A DNA stretch of 64,000 nucleotides from Candidatus Eiseniibacteriota bacterium (GTDB lineage Bacteria; Eisenbacteria; RBG-16-71-46): contig CAVZLN010000004.1 of assembly GCA_963776245.1 (NCBI GenBank), positions 224,001 to 288,000 on the forward strand, given 5' to 3'. This document shows, piece by piece, positions 1 to 11,624 of the stretch. Within the stretch, counting starts at the first letter, position 1, and each line of letters begins with the position of its first letter. Under the pieces are notes generated by a model that did not search any database, was not told the origin of the DNA, and saw nothing but the letters and a program-made list of their open reading frames with translations. Made by a program: the position numbers and the translations under genes.

Positions 1-554
1 GTGGCCGCGTGGTGGTGGGCGGAGCGCACGCCTCGTTCGAGGCGCTCCAGCGGGCGCGCGAGGTGGGCGTGGCCGCGGTGGTGGTGGGCGGCTTCGACGC
101 TCGCGACCTCCGGGAACTGCTCGGGCACGACCTCGGTGTGGCCATCACCGGAGCGGAGAACCTCGGCCTCACGGTGGTGATCACGGAGGGCTTCGGGCGC
201 ATCCCGATGGCCGCGCGGGCCTGGGACCTGCTGCGCGCGCACGACGGCCGCGAGGCCTCGGTGAGCGGTGCCACGCAGATTCGCGCGGGCGTGGTGCGAC
301 CGGAGATCCTCATCCCGCACGAGGACGGCGCGAGCCCCGCGCCGGTGGCGCCGGTCCACGAACTGGTGAAGGGGGTCCAGGTGCGGGTCATCCGCGAGCC
401 GTGGTTCGGACGGCTCGGCCGGGTGGTGGACCTGATCGAGGACCGCCGGCGCCTCGAGACCGAGGCACTGGTGCGCGTGGTCGAGGTGGAGTTCACCGAC
501 GACCACACGCGGGGCATCGTGCCCCGCGCGAACGTCGAAGTGGTCTCCGGATGA
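1..554 (+). CDS. Conserved hypothetical protein (5'-partial) with C-terminal KOW/SH3-like segment
   Basis: ORF runs in from the window edge; conserved-looking motifs GVAITG, TEGFG, GATQIRAGVVRPE; KOW-like GVQVRVIREPWFGRLGRV. Confidence 0.75.
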   Translation, partial: GRVVVGGAHASFEALQRAREVGVAAVVVGGFDARDLRELLGHDLGVAITGAENLGLTVVITEGFGRIPMAARAWDLLRAHDGREASVSGATQIRAGVVRPEILIPHEDGASPAPVAPVHELVKGVQVRVIREPWFGRLGRVVDLIEDRRRLETEALVRVVEVEFTDDHTRGIVPRANVEVVSG

Positions 555-599
555 ACTCGGATCGGGCGGCCCGCGCGGCCGGAGCGCCGCACGAACCCA

Positions 600-627
600 T
601 TGACACCGTTCGAAGGCGAGGCATACT
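600..627 (+). promoter_or_regulatory. Putative sigma70 promoter
   Basis: TTGACA (600-605), 16-bp spacer, CATACT (622-627) in an intergenic gap of GC-rich DNA. Confidence 0.55.
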
Positions 628-715
628 TTCCGGCGCATCGCCGGATGCCACGGATGCGCGGCCGGCCGATCCACCGCGCGCCGGGGTGTCGTCTCGCGGA
701 GGCCCCTTGACGCCC

Positions 716-1960
716 ATGCTCGCGCGCCGCGTCCGCATCGCGAACGGTATCGCCGCGCTGGTGGCGCTGCTCCTGGGATGCGCCGCCCCGGCCTCCGCGC
801 GCGAGGAGTTCGTGATCGTCCACGATCTCCCCCGGGCCGCCCCGACCGACAGCCTGGCGCGGGCCGCGGGAACCCTCCCACCGCCCGCGCCGGCCTCGGG
901 CCTGACCTGGTTCGATTCGCCCAACGACGCGGGCCGTTCGGTCGAGCTGGCGTGGCGCCGCTCGCCGGACGACGACGGCTCGGGCCGCGTGACCCAGTAT
1001 CGGATCGACCGGGCGCTCGCCCCCGGGGGGCCCTGGACCACGGTGGATTCCGTGGCCCACGGCGTGACCGCGCATGCCGATGCCTCGCCGCGGCGCGACA
1101 TCGACTACTTCTACCGCATCACCGCCGAGGGCCCCGGCGGTCGCACCCCGGCGCTCAGCGTGACGGGGCCGGTCACCGCCCGGTCCGAGTGGATCAACTC
1201 GACGCGCTGGAGCGTGCTGGTCCTCACCGTGCTGTTCTTCGCGTTCGTGCTCTACTTCATCCTCCGCGCCCAGGGTGGTGCGACGCCGTTCCTGCGCCGG
1301 ATCCCCGGCATCGACGCCATCGGGGAAGCGATCGGGCGCGCCACCGAGATGGGGAGGCCGGTGCTCTTCATCCCGGGGATCAACGACATCGACGAGATCC
1401 AGACCGTCGCGGGGCTCGTCATCCTGGAGCACGTCGCGCGCATCACCGCGCGCTACGAGACCCCGCTGATCGTGCCCGTGAGCTACCCGATCCCGCACAC
1501 CCTCGCCGAGGAGATGGTGAAGTCGGGCCATGCGCACGCGGGACGGCCGGACCGGTACGACCCCGACAGCGTGCGATTCGTGTCGCCGGAGCAGTTCGCG
1601 TACGTCGCCGCGGTGACCGGCATCATGATGCGCGAGAAGCCCGCCGCGGTGCTCTACATGGGCTCGTTCTACGGCGAGTCCCTGATGCTCGCCGAGACCG
1701 GCTTCGCGACCGGCGCGATCCAGGTGGCCGCGACCGCGAACGTGCACCAGCTGCCGTTCTTCGTCGCCGCCTGCGACCACACCCTCATCGGCGAGGAACT
1801 GTTCGCCGCCAGCGCCTATCTGTCGGGCGAGCCCAAGCTGGTGGGCAGCCTTCAGGGCGCCGACCTCATGAAGATCGTCGTCGTGTCGCTGATCGTGATC
1901 GGATGCGGGCTCGAGACCGCCGGCATCCACTGGCTCACGGCGCTTCTGGTGACCCAGTAG
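716..1960 (+). CDS. Fibronectin type III + DUF6754-like membrane protein
   Basis: Signal peptide, FN3 pattern (VELAW...YRIDR...YFYRITA), TM helix, then LRRIPGIDAIGEAIGRATEMGRP and LIGEELFAASAYLS; start could also be TTG 707. Confidence 0.75.
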   Translation: MLARRVRIANGIAALVALLLGCAAPASAREEFVIVHDLPRAAPTDSLARAAGTLPPPAPASGLTWFDSPNDAGRSVELAWRRSPDDDGSGRVTQYRIDRALAPGGPWTTVDSVAHGVTAHADASPRRDIDYFYRITAEGPGGRTPALSVTGPVTARSEWINSTRWSVLVLTVLFFAFVLYFILRAQGGATPFLRRIPGIDAIGEAIGRATEMGRPVLFIPGINDIDEIQTVAGLVILEHVARITARYETPLIVPVSYPIPHTLAEEMVKSGHAHAGRPDRYDPDSVRFVSPEQFAYVAAVTGIMMREKPAAVLYMGSFYGESLMLAETGFATGAIQVAATANVHQLPFFVAACDHTLIGEELFAASAYLSGEPKLVGSLQGADLMKIVVVSLIVIGCGLETAGIHWLTALLVTQ

Positions 1961-1970
1961 GAGGCCCCGG

Positions 1971-2645
1971 ATGAAACGCGAGGTCCCGCTCCTCATCACG
2001 GCCGCCATCGGGCTGTTCATGATCCTGTCGTTCTTCGTTCCGCATCACGCGGTCAGCGTGCCGGCGGACTTCCTCCAGGTGTCCGCGATCATCGTGGTCG
2101 CCTTCGGCTACGTGCTGGGGGGCGCCAATCTGCTGCGCCTCAATCTCGACGCCATCGGCAAGCGTGCCGAGGGCTGGCCCTACAAGCTGGTGCTGGTCGG
2201 CTCGCTCCTCGCGACCGTGGCCATCGGCGCGATCGAGGGGCCCGGCTTCCTCGACGCCGGCACCCGGACGCGTTGGATCTACGACCAGCTCTACACGCCG
2301 ATGTCGGCGACGCTGTTCGCCCTGCTGGCGTTCTTCGTCGCCTCGGCCGCGTTCCGCGCGTTCCGCATCCGCACGCTCGAGGCCGGGCTCCTGGCGGCGG
2401 CGGCGCTGCTGGTGATGATCGGCCGGGTGCCCATCTCCAACGCGGTGGTGAAGCCGCTGCTCGCCGGGCTTCCCGCGGGCGTCGCCCACGCGCTCGAGCC
2501 GGTGGTGGTCCAAGAGTGGATCATGGACGTGCCCCAGAACGCGGGGAAGCGCGCCATCCTCATCGGGGCGGCGTTGGGCGTGATGGCCACCGGGCTGCGC
2601 GTCATCCTCGGCATCGAGCGCTCGTATCTGAGCGGGGAGGACTGA
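1971..2645 (+). CDS. Uncharacterised multi-pass membrane protein
   Basis: AGGAGG RBS; ~6 hydrophobic segments; SAAFRAFRIR and LRVILGIERSYL motifs. Confidence 0.85.
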   Translation: MKREVPLLITAAIGLFMILSFFVPHHAVSVPADFLQVSAIIVVAFGYVLGGANLLRLNLDAIGKRAEGWPYKLVLVGSLLATVAIGAIEGPGFLDAGTRTRWIYDQLYTPMSATLFALLAFFVASAAFRAFRIRTLEAGLLAAAALLVMIGRVPISNAVVKPLLAGLPAGVAHALEPVVVQEWIMDVPQNAGKRAILIGAALGVMATGLRVILGIERSYLSGED

Positions 2646-2648
2646 GCC

Positions 2649-3479
2649 ATGGCCGGCATGGAGCGGCTGGAGCGCCTCGACCGGCGCTGGATCTTCCTCG
2701 CGATGGGACTGCTCGTGCTGCTGCCGATGCTGTTCCCGCTCAACCTGCCGCTCGAGGTGAGCCCCCAGGTGGCCCGTTACGCGCATGCGATCGATTCCCT
2801 GCCTCCCGGATCGCTCGTGCTGATGTCGTGCGATTACGACCCGAGCGGCATCCCCGAGATGGTGCCGATGACCCGCACCACGTTCCGCCACCTCCTGGCA
2901 CACGACTGCAAGGTCGTGGTGACCGTGCTCTGGCCGGGAGGATCCGGCCTCGTGGACAGCGTGCTCCAGGAGACCGCGCGGGAGTTCCCGGGCAAGCACT
3001 ACGGCGTCGACTGGGTGCACCTGGGCTACAAGGCCGGCAACGAGACGGTGATGGTGCTCATGGGACAGGGACTGGCGAGCGCCTTCCCGCGCGACCACCG
3101 GGGCAGTGACGTGCGCACGCTGCCGCTGCTCCGGCAAGCGCGCGACTACTCGTCGTTCGCGCTGATGGTGAGCCTGTCCGAGGGCTATCCCGGCACCAAG
3201 GAGTGGGTGCAGCAGGTGCAGGCGCGCTTCCACCTGCCGATGGTCGCGGGAGTGACCGCCGTGAGCGCCCCGGAGTTCTACCCCTACCTGCAGTCGGGCC
3301 AGTTGCTCGGCATGCTGGGCGGCATGGCGGGCGCCGCGGAGTACGAGCTGGTGCGCGGCGAGCGGGGCTCGGCGGCGCGCGGCATGGACGCCCAGTCGCT
3401 CGCCCACCTGTTCGTGGCCCTGTGCATCGTGCTCGGCAACGTCGTGCAGTGGACGAAGCGCAAGGAGAAGCGTCCATGA
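2649..3479 (+). CDS. Uncharacterised membrane-anchored protein (TM-alpha/beta domain-TM)
   Basis: Terminal hydrophobic segments; YGVDWVHLGYKAG, PYLQSGQLLGMLGGMAGAAEYE, MDAQS motifs. Confidence 0.85.
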   Translation: MAGMERLERLDRRWIFLAMGLLVLLPMLFPLNLPLEVSPQVARYAHAIDSLPPGSLVLMSCDYDPSGIPEMVPMTRTTFRHLLAHDCKVVVTVLWPGGSGLVDSVLQETAREFPGKHYGVDWVHLGYKAGNETVMVLMGQGLASAFPRDHRGSDVRTLPLLRQARDYSSFALMVSLSEGYPGTKEWVQQVQARFHLPMVAGVTAVSAPEFYPYLQSGQLLGMLGGMAGAAEYELVRGERGSAARGMDAQSLAHLFVALCIVLGNVVQWTKRKEKRP

Positions 3480-4165
3480 CCCTGCATCCCTCCACCGACT
3501 TCGGCGTCTGGGTGGCGGCCCTGCTCACGCTCGCCGCCTTCTCGTTCCTGTGGCGCGACAATCCGCTGTACCGTTTCGCCGAGCACCTGTTCGTCGGCGT
3601 CTCGGCGGGCTACTTCATCATCCTGAACTACTGGACGGTGATCGTGCCCAACCTCATCGACCCGCTGCGGCTCGCGCTTCACGGGGACGGCGTGAACCCG
3701 GCCCGGCACGGGTTCCTGGCGGCCCAGATGGGGGACTACCGCGGCTGGCTGATCGTGCCGGGCGTGCTCGGCCTGTTGCTGTTCACGCGGCTGCTCCCGC
3801 GCATCGACTGGCTGTCCCGCTGGGCGCTGGCGGTCATCATCGGCGTGTACGCCGGCCTCAAGACCACCGGCTTCGCCCAGGGCGACTTCGTCGCCCAGGT
3901 GCAGGCCAGCCTGCAGCCGCTGTGGACCGGGAACCTCGGGACCAGTATCAGCGCCATCCTCTTCACCGTCGGCCTCGTCACCTCGCTGCTGTTCTTCTTC
4001 TTCAGCCGCGAGCAGAAGGGCGCCTTCGGCGCCGCCACGCGGCTGGGCGTGCTGTTCCTGATGGTGGGTTTCGGCGCGGGCTATGGCTACACGGTGATGT
4101 CGCGGGTCTCGCTCCTCATCGGCCGCTTCCAGTTCCTGCTCGAGGACTGGCTGGGCCTCCGCTGA
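3476..4165 (+). CDS. Uncharacterised multi-pass membrane protein
   Basis: ATGA overlap with previous gene; SFLWRDNPLYRFAEHLFVGVSAG; ~6 TM segments. Confidence 0.85.
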   Translation: MTLHPSTDFGVWVAALLTLAAFSFLWRDNPLYRFAEHLFVGVSAGYFIILNYWTVIVPNLIDPLRLALHGDGVNPARHGFLAAQMGDYRGWLIVPGVLGLLLFTRLLPRIDWLSRWALAVIIGVYAGLKTTGFAQGDFVAQVQASLQPLWTGNLGTSISAILFTVGLVTSLLFFFFSREQKGAFGAATRLGVLFLMVGFGAGYGYTVMSRVSLLIGRFQFLLEDWLGLR

Positions 4166-4190
4166 GCGCGCGGGGCCGCGGCGGCGTCCG

Positions 4191-4964
4191 ATGATCCTGT
4201 GGCTCGACGGAGCGCACGACGCGCCCGCGGCGATGCGGCGCGATGCCGAACTGCTGGACGCGTTCGAGCACGGACGCGCGCCGGCCACCGAGCCGGTGCT
4301 GCGCCTCCACCGCATCGATCCGCCGGGCATCACGCTCGGCCACGCGCAGGACCCCGCGCGCGAACTCGACCTCGAACGCTGCGCCCGCGACCAGGTGCGC
4401 TGGGCGGTGCGCACGACCGGAGGGCGGGCGATCTTCCACGCCGACGACTGGACGTACTCGCTCACCGCTCCCATCGCCGATCCCGACTGGGGGGGCAGCC
4501 TGAGCGAGGCGTACGACCGCGCCTCGCGCCTGATCGCGGGGTCGTTGAGGCGCCTCGGCCTCCCGGCCGAACTGGTTCCGGCGAGCGGGCGCTCCGGGGA
4601 CCTGGCTCCGCGCGCTCCGCACGGCCCGGCCGCGCCGTGCTTCGCGTCGACCGCTCGCCACGAGATCGAGCTCGGCGGGCGCAAGCTGGTCGGCAGCGCC
4701 CAGCGTCGATTGTCGCGCGCGCTCCAGCAGCAGGGCAGCGTGCTGGTGGGGGACGGACATCTGCGCCTCATGGACTACCTGGCGCTCCCGGTCGAGGCGC
4801 GGGCGCGGGCGCGCGCGGCGCTCGCGCGGGCCTCCGCGTCGGTCCTCGGGTACCTGCCGGCGGCGCCCGCGCTCGCCGACTGGGCCGCCGCGCTGCTCGC
4901 CGAGGCCCCTCGCGGGACCCGGCTGGCGCGTGGCGACGAGGTCGTCCGAGGGTTGACCGCTTGA
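4191..4964 (+). CDS. Lipoate-protein ligase / octanoyltransferase (LplA/LipM family)
   Basis: RTTGGRAIFH, APCF, GRKLVGSAQRR, QQGS motifs. Confidence 0.85.
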   Translation: MILWLDGAHDAPAAMRRDAELLDAFEHGRAPATEPVLRLHRIDPPGITLGHAQDPARELDLERCARDQVRWAVRTTGGRAIFHADDWTYSLTAPIADPDWGGSLSEAYDRASRLIAGSLRRLGLPAELVPASGRSGDLAPRAPHGPAAPCFASTARHEIELGGRKLVGSAQRRLSRALQQQGSVLVGDGHLRLMDYLALPVEARARARAALARASASVLGYLPAAPALADWAAALLAEAPRGTRLARGDEVVRGLTA

Positions 4965-4980
4965 ATCCGGAGCCTATACT
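4953..4980 (+). promoter_or_regulatory. Putative sigma70 promoter for ABC transporter operon
   Basis: TTGACC (4953-4958), 16 bp, TATACT (4975-4980). Confidence 0.55.
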
Positions 4981-5026
4981 GGCGCGACTCGCGCTCACCC
5001 GGACCGGACACCGGAGAATCGCCCAC

Positions 5027-6874
5027 ATGAGACGCCTGCCGCCCCCTCCCAGGACGCTGGCCGTGTTCGTCGCCGGGTTGACGCTCGCCGCGCTCGCGGG
5101 CTGCTCGCGAACGAAGGCGCCGCTCGACACGGGCTATCACGATCCGAACCCGCTGCCGGCGGACACCATGACGGTGCCGGTGCGCGAACTCGGCGTGCAC
5201 GGCGGGCGGTTCGTGCTCGGGCAGACCGCGAGCCCGAAGAGCTTCAACTTCCTGGTCGCGAACGACAGCCCGTCGCGCGACGTGAACGCGCTGCTGTTTT
5301 CCGGGCTGACGGAGTTCGACAACGAGACCGAGGAATCCTACCCGCTGCTCGCGAAGTCGTGGGACGTGAGCCCCGACGGCACCACGTACACCTTCCGCCT
5401 GCGCCGCGGGCTGAGGTTCTCGGACGGGCATCCGCTGACCTCGTCCGACGTGCTGTTCATGTTCGAACTGGTGTACGACGAGGTGCTTCATCCCTCCCTC
5501 CAGGAGCTGCTCAAGGTGGACGGGAAGCCGCTCGAGGTCAGCGCGCCCGACTCGTTCACCGTGGTCGTGAGGTCGCCGCGTCCGTACGCCCTCATGGTGC
5601 CCGCGGTCGGCGCGCTGCGCATCATGCCCCGCCACGTGCTCGAGCCCGCGTTCCGGGCGGGCCGCTACGCCCAGATGTACCGGACCACGACGCCGCCCGA
5701 GAGCGTGGTGACCAGCGGCGCCTGGCGGCTGCGCCAGTTCGTCCAGGACGAGCGCACCGCGTTCGAGCGCAACCCCTACTGGTTCCAGGTGGACGAACGC
5801 GGCGGCCGCCTGCCGTACCTCGACGAACTGGTGGTGCTCACGGTGCCGGACCAGAACGGCGCGGCCGCGCAGTTCCAGGCCGGCGAGCTGGACGCCCTCG
5901 ACAACGTGAAGCCGGAGGACTACCGGAGCTACACGGAGGGCCAGGCGAAGGGCGGCTACACGTTCTACGACCTCGGCCCGTCGCTGACGTCGGCGTGCCT
6001 CTGGTTCAATCTGGCGCGCGTCCAGGCGGACACCGCGCACGCGGCGCGGCCCGGGAAGCCGGTCGGCGCCCCGTACGTGGACCCGGTGAAGTACCGCTGG
6101 TTCTCCGACTCCCGGTTCCGCCGGGCGGTCTCGATGGCGATCGACCGCGACGCCATCATCCGGGGCGTGTATCACGGCGAGGCGGTGCAGAGCTGGAGCC
6201 AGGTCACCCCGGGGAACAAGCACTGGTCGGATCCCTCTCTGGTGGGGGCAAGCTACGATCCCGCCGGCGCGAAGCGCCTGCTGGCGGAGATGGGCTTGCG
6301 CGATGCCAACGGCGACGGCGTGCTCGAGGACGCGCAGGGGCACCCGGTCTCGTTCACCCTGAAGACGAACAGTGACAACAACACGCGCCTCGCGATGTGC
6401 GAGTTCGTGCGGGACGACCTGGCGAAGGTCGGGATGCGGGTGATCCCGGCCGGCGTCGCGATGCCCACGCTGGCCTCGAACATCCAGGACGACCACCAGT
6501 ACGAGGCGGCGCTGCTCGGTCTCGGCACCGGCGTGCCCCCGGATCCGGGCATGGCTCAGAACGTCTTCCGCTCGAGCGGCAAGCTTCACTACTGGAATCC
6601 GCGCCAGCCGGCCCCCGAGACCGCGGCCGAGGCGCGCATCGACACGCTGATGGCGCTCAATGTCTCGACGCTCGACCTCGAGGTCCGCCGGCGCACCTGG
6701 CGGGAGGTGGAGCAGATCATCAACCGCGAGTGTTTCCTCGTCTGGCTGCCGGCGCAGAACCTCAAGGTCCCGGTACGGAACGGATTCGGGAACGTTCGCC
6801 CGAGCGTCATCCCGCACCGCATCCTGTGGAACATCGCGGAGGTGTTCGTGAGACCCACGGGCGCCCGGAGGTAG
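5027..6874 (+). CDS. Peptide/nickel ABC transporter substrate-binding lipoprotein (family 5)
   Basis: Lipobox LAGC; LAKSWDVSPDGTTYTFRLRRGLRFSDGHPLT family-5 signature. Confidence 0.93.
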   Translation: MRRLPPPPRTLAVFVAGLTLAALAGCSRTKAPLDTGYHDPNPLPADTMTVPVRELGVHGGRFVLGQTASPKSFNFLVANDSPSRDVNALLFSGLTEFDNETEESYPLLAKSWDVSPDGTTYTFRLRRGLRFSDGHPLTSSDVLFMFELVYDEVLHPSLQELLKVDGKPLEVSAPDSFTVVVRSPRPYALMVPAVGALRIMPRHVLEPAFRAGRYAQMYRTTTPPESVVTSGAWRLRQFVQDERTAFERNPYWFQVDERGGRLPYLDELVVLTVPDQNGAAAQFQAGELDALDNVKPEDYRSYTEGQAKGGYTFYDLGPSLTSACLWFNLARVQADTAHAARPGKPVGAPYVDPVKYRWFSDSRFRRAVSMAIDRDAIIRGVYHGEAVQSWSQVTPGNKHWSDPSLVGASYDPAGAKRLLAEMGLRDANGDGVLEDAQGHPVSFTLKTNSDNNTRLAMCEFVRDDLAKVGMRVIPAGVAMPTLASNIQDDHQYEAALLGLGTGVPPDPGMAQNVFRSSGKLHYWNPRQPAPETAAEARIDTLMALNVSTLDLEVRRRTWREVEQIINRECFLVWLPAQNLKVPVRNGFGNVRPSVIPHRILWNIAEVFVRPTGARR

Positions 6875-6886
6875 CGGGACCTCCGC

Positions 6887-7852
6887 ATGCACACGTACGT
6901 GCTCCGACGCGTGCTCCAGGCGGTCCCGCTGCTGTTGGGGGTCTCGGCGCTCACGTTCCTGCTGCTCCATCTCGCGCCCGGGGACTTCCTCTCCACGATG
7001 GCCGAGAACCCCTCGATATCGCCCGAGAGCCTCGACGCGATGCGCCGGCGCTTCGGGCTCGACCAGCCGTGGTGGACGCAATACCTGCTCTACCTGCGCA
7101 ATCTGGCGCGCCTCGACATGGGCGAGTCGTTCTCGCGGCACCTGCCGGTGTTCGACGTCCTGAGGGCGGCGCTCGGGAACACGCTCCTGCTCTCGGTCGC
7201 GGCGGCGATCGTGACGTGGGGGCTGGCGATCCCCCTCGGCGCGCTCGCCGCGGTGCGCCAGCACACCGCGGTGGACCGCGGGCTCACCGTCCTCGCGGTG
7301 GTCGGCCTGTCCGTTCCGGAGGTGCTCTCCGGACTGCTGCTGCTGTGGTTCGCCGTGCGCACGGGCTGGTTTCCGGCCGGCGGCATGCACGCGGTGGGGT
7401 GGGACACCATGGCTCCGCTCGCGCGCGTGCTCGACGTGCTCCATCGCCTGGTGCTCCCGGCGCTGGTCGTGGGGATCGTGCCGCTCGCGGGCCGCATGCG
7501 CCAGATGCGCTCCAGCGTGCTCGACGTGCTGCGGCTCGATCACGTCATGGTGGCGCGCGCCAAGGGGCTCGACGAGGGCACCGTGGTGCGCCGGCACGCC
7601 GTCCGCAACGCGCTCAACCCCATGATCACCCTGTTCGGGTACACCCTCGGCTCCCTGGTCTCGGGCGCGTTCGTGGCGGAGGTCATCTTCGCGTGGCCGG
7701 GTCTCGGGCGCGTCACGATGGACGCCCTGCTGGCGCAGGACCCGTACCTCGTGATGGGCTCGGTGCTGATGGCCTCGACCGTGCTGATCCTCGGCAATCT
7801 CGCCGCCGACCTGCTGCTCGTGGTCGCCGATCCGCGCCTCGCCGATGGCTGA
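6887..7852 (+). CDS. Opp/Dpp ABC transporter permease (OppB-like)
   Basis: APGD...FGLDQP; EAA loop ARAKGL...[15 protein letters not shown]. Confidence 0.93.
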   Translation: MHTYVLRRVLQAVPLLLGVSALTFLLLHLAPGDFLSTMAENPSISPESLDAMRRRFGLDQPWWTQYLLYLRNLARLDMGESFSRHLPVFDVLRAALGNTLLLSVAAAIVTWGLAIPLGALAAVRQHTAVDRGLTVLAVVGLSVPEVLSGLLLLWFAVRTGWFPAGGMHAVGWDTMAPLARVLDVLHRLVLPALVVGIVPLAGRMRQMRSSVLDVLRLDHVMVARAKGLDEGTVVRRHAVRNALNPMITLFGYTLGSLVSGAFVAEVIFAWPGLGRVTMDALLAQDPYLVMGSVLMASTVLILGNLAADLLLVVADPRLADG

Positions 7853-8939
7853 GCCGCCCGCGCTCGGGCCCGGCACGGGGGTGCTGCGCCGCTTCCGCCG
7901 CAACCGCATCGCGGCGGGCGCCGCGGCCCTGCTGGGAGCGTTCTACCTCGCCGCGCTGGTGGCGCCATTCCTCGCGCCCTACGCCCAGGAGGAGATGGAC
8001 CGCTCGCGCTTCCTGCATCCGCCCCAGCGGGTGCGCTGGGTGGACGCGGCGGGGCGGGTCCACGCGTGGCCGTTCGTGTATGGCAGCCGGCCGGACGCCA
8101 CCGGATTCGCCTACACCGAGGATCGCACCCGGATGGTGCCGCTGCGGGTGTTCGTCACCGGCGCTCCCTACCGGCTCGCGGGCCTGCTGCCGTCCCGCCT
8201 CCACCTGTTCGGGGCCGCGGCGCCCGACCGGATCAACCTGCTCGGCACCGACACGCGCGGCCGTGACGTGCTGTCGCGGGTGCTGTACGGCGCGCAGGTG
8301 TCGCTCAGCGTGGGGCTGGTGGGGATCGTGATCTCGTTCACGCTCGGCCTGCTGGTCGGTGGGATCGCGGGCTACGCCGGAGGCTGGTGGGACGTGCTCG
8401 TGATGCGCACCGTCCGAACTGCTGCTGAGCGTGCCGGTGCTCTACCTGCTGATCGCGCTGCGCACGCTGTTCCCCGCCGAGATGCCGAGCGGGCAGGTCT
8501 ACCTCGGCATCGTCGCGATCCTCGCGCTCATCGGCTGGGCGGGCCTCGCGCGCGTGATCCGCGGGATGGTGATGTCGATCCGCCGCACCGACTACGTCGC
8601 CGCGGCGGAGGCCCTCGGGATGAGCCCAGCGCGCGTGCTGGTGCGCCACATCCTGCCCAATACGATGTCGTTCGTGGTGGTGGCGGCGACGCTCGCGGTG
8701 CCCGGGTACATCCTCGGCGAGGTCGTGCTCTCGTTCCTCGGCGTCGGAGTGCAGGAGCCGGGAGCCTCGTGGGGCAACATGCTCAACCAGGCGCGCAGCC
8801 CGAACGTGCTCTCCTCCTCGCCGTGGCTGCTGATCGCGCCGGGCGCGGCGATCTTCCTCACCGTGATGGCCTTCAACCTGCTGGGGGACGGGTTGCGCGA
8901 CGCGCTCGACCCGCGCGACCCCGACGGAGGGCGCGCCGG

Positions 8940-8943
<4 letters not shown>
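7845..8943 (+). CDS. Opp/Dpp ABC transporter permease (OppC-like), apparent frameshift near 8412
   Basis: [14 protein letters not shown] in one frame, continuing in another as AAEALG...RHILPN...[11 protein letters not shown]. Confidence 0.88.
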
Positions 8944-10977
<2,034 letters not shown>

Positions 10978-11167
10978 GCGCGGCCGCGCGCATTCCCCCA
11001 GCGCTGCTGACCCGCGCCGGGTGGGCGCGCCCAGCCTCGCCGTCCCGCGGTCCTCTCCGCCGCGCGCGCCCGCGCGGTCACCGCGGTCGGCGAGGGCGCC
11101 CGCAAGCCATTGCCCGCTTTGGGAGTCGCCCGCGGCCAGCCGGCCCCGCGCGGCCGGCGATCGGGTC

Positions 11168-11182
11168 TGGCACCGCGCTTGC
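11168..11182 (+). promoter_or_regulatory. Putative sigma54 (-24/-12) promoter
   Basis: TGGCAC-CGCGC-TTGC matches TGGCAC-N5-TTGC with exact spacing, in intergenic DNA. Confidence 0.7.
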
Positions 11183-11193
11183 CCTACGTGATA

Positions 11194-11440
11194 GGTGCGA
11201 CCGGCGAGGCGAGACCGGACGCGGAGGCGGCGGCGAATGCCGGGTCTCCGCGGGCGGAGCAGCCCGAAGGTCTAAAGCCTGAAGGTGTGTTCCCTGCTCG
11301 ACTCGTGATTGGCCGGCTGTGGGCTGATCCCCCTATCGCGAGCGAAGGAGTCTTACGGACTGGCACACGGTCTGAGCGGGGAACGAATGTAGGGCCCCGT
11401 GCCCGCGGGATAACGCACCCTGTGCTCACTCATCTCGCCG
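11194..11440 (+). ncRNA. Candidate structured non-coding RNA of unknown family (~240 nt)
   Basis: Closing stem 11202-11213/11429-11440 (11 of 12 pairs), hairpin 11220-11252, long irregular stem 11289-11384; begins just after the sigma54 motif; no credible ORF. Confidence 0.55.
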
Positions 11441-11533
11441 CGGCCGGGGCCCATGAATTCGCCCGGGGACCCTCTCCCCGGCCGCCCGCCGCGCTCCCCG
11501 CCCGCTGGCCGGCCCCCCGCCGTGTCCGGCGCA

Positions 11534-11563
11534 TTGACCCAACCCTCCGCACCCTGCTAACTT
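11534..11563 (+). promoter_or_regulatory. Putative sigma70 promoter of BMC operon
   Basis: TTGACC (11534-11539), 18 bp, extended -10 TGC-TAACTT. Confidence 0.5.
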
Positions 11564-11624
11564 GCGTCGATTCAACATCCCGTCGGGCAGGACACCTCAG
11601 GAAAACGGAGAGCGGACGCGACGA

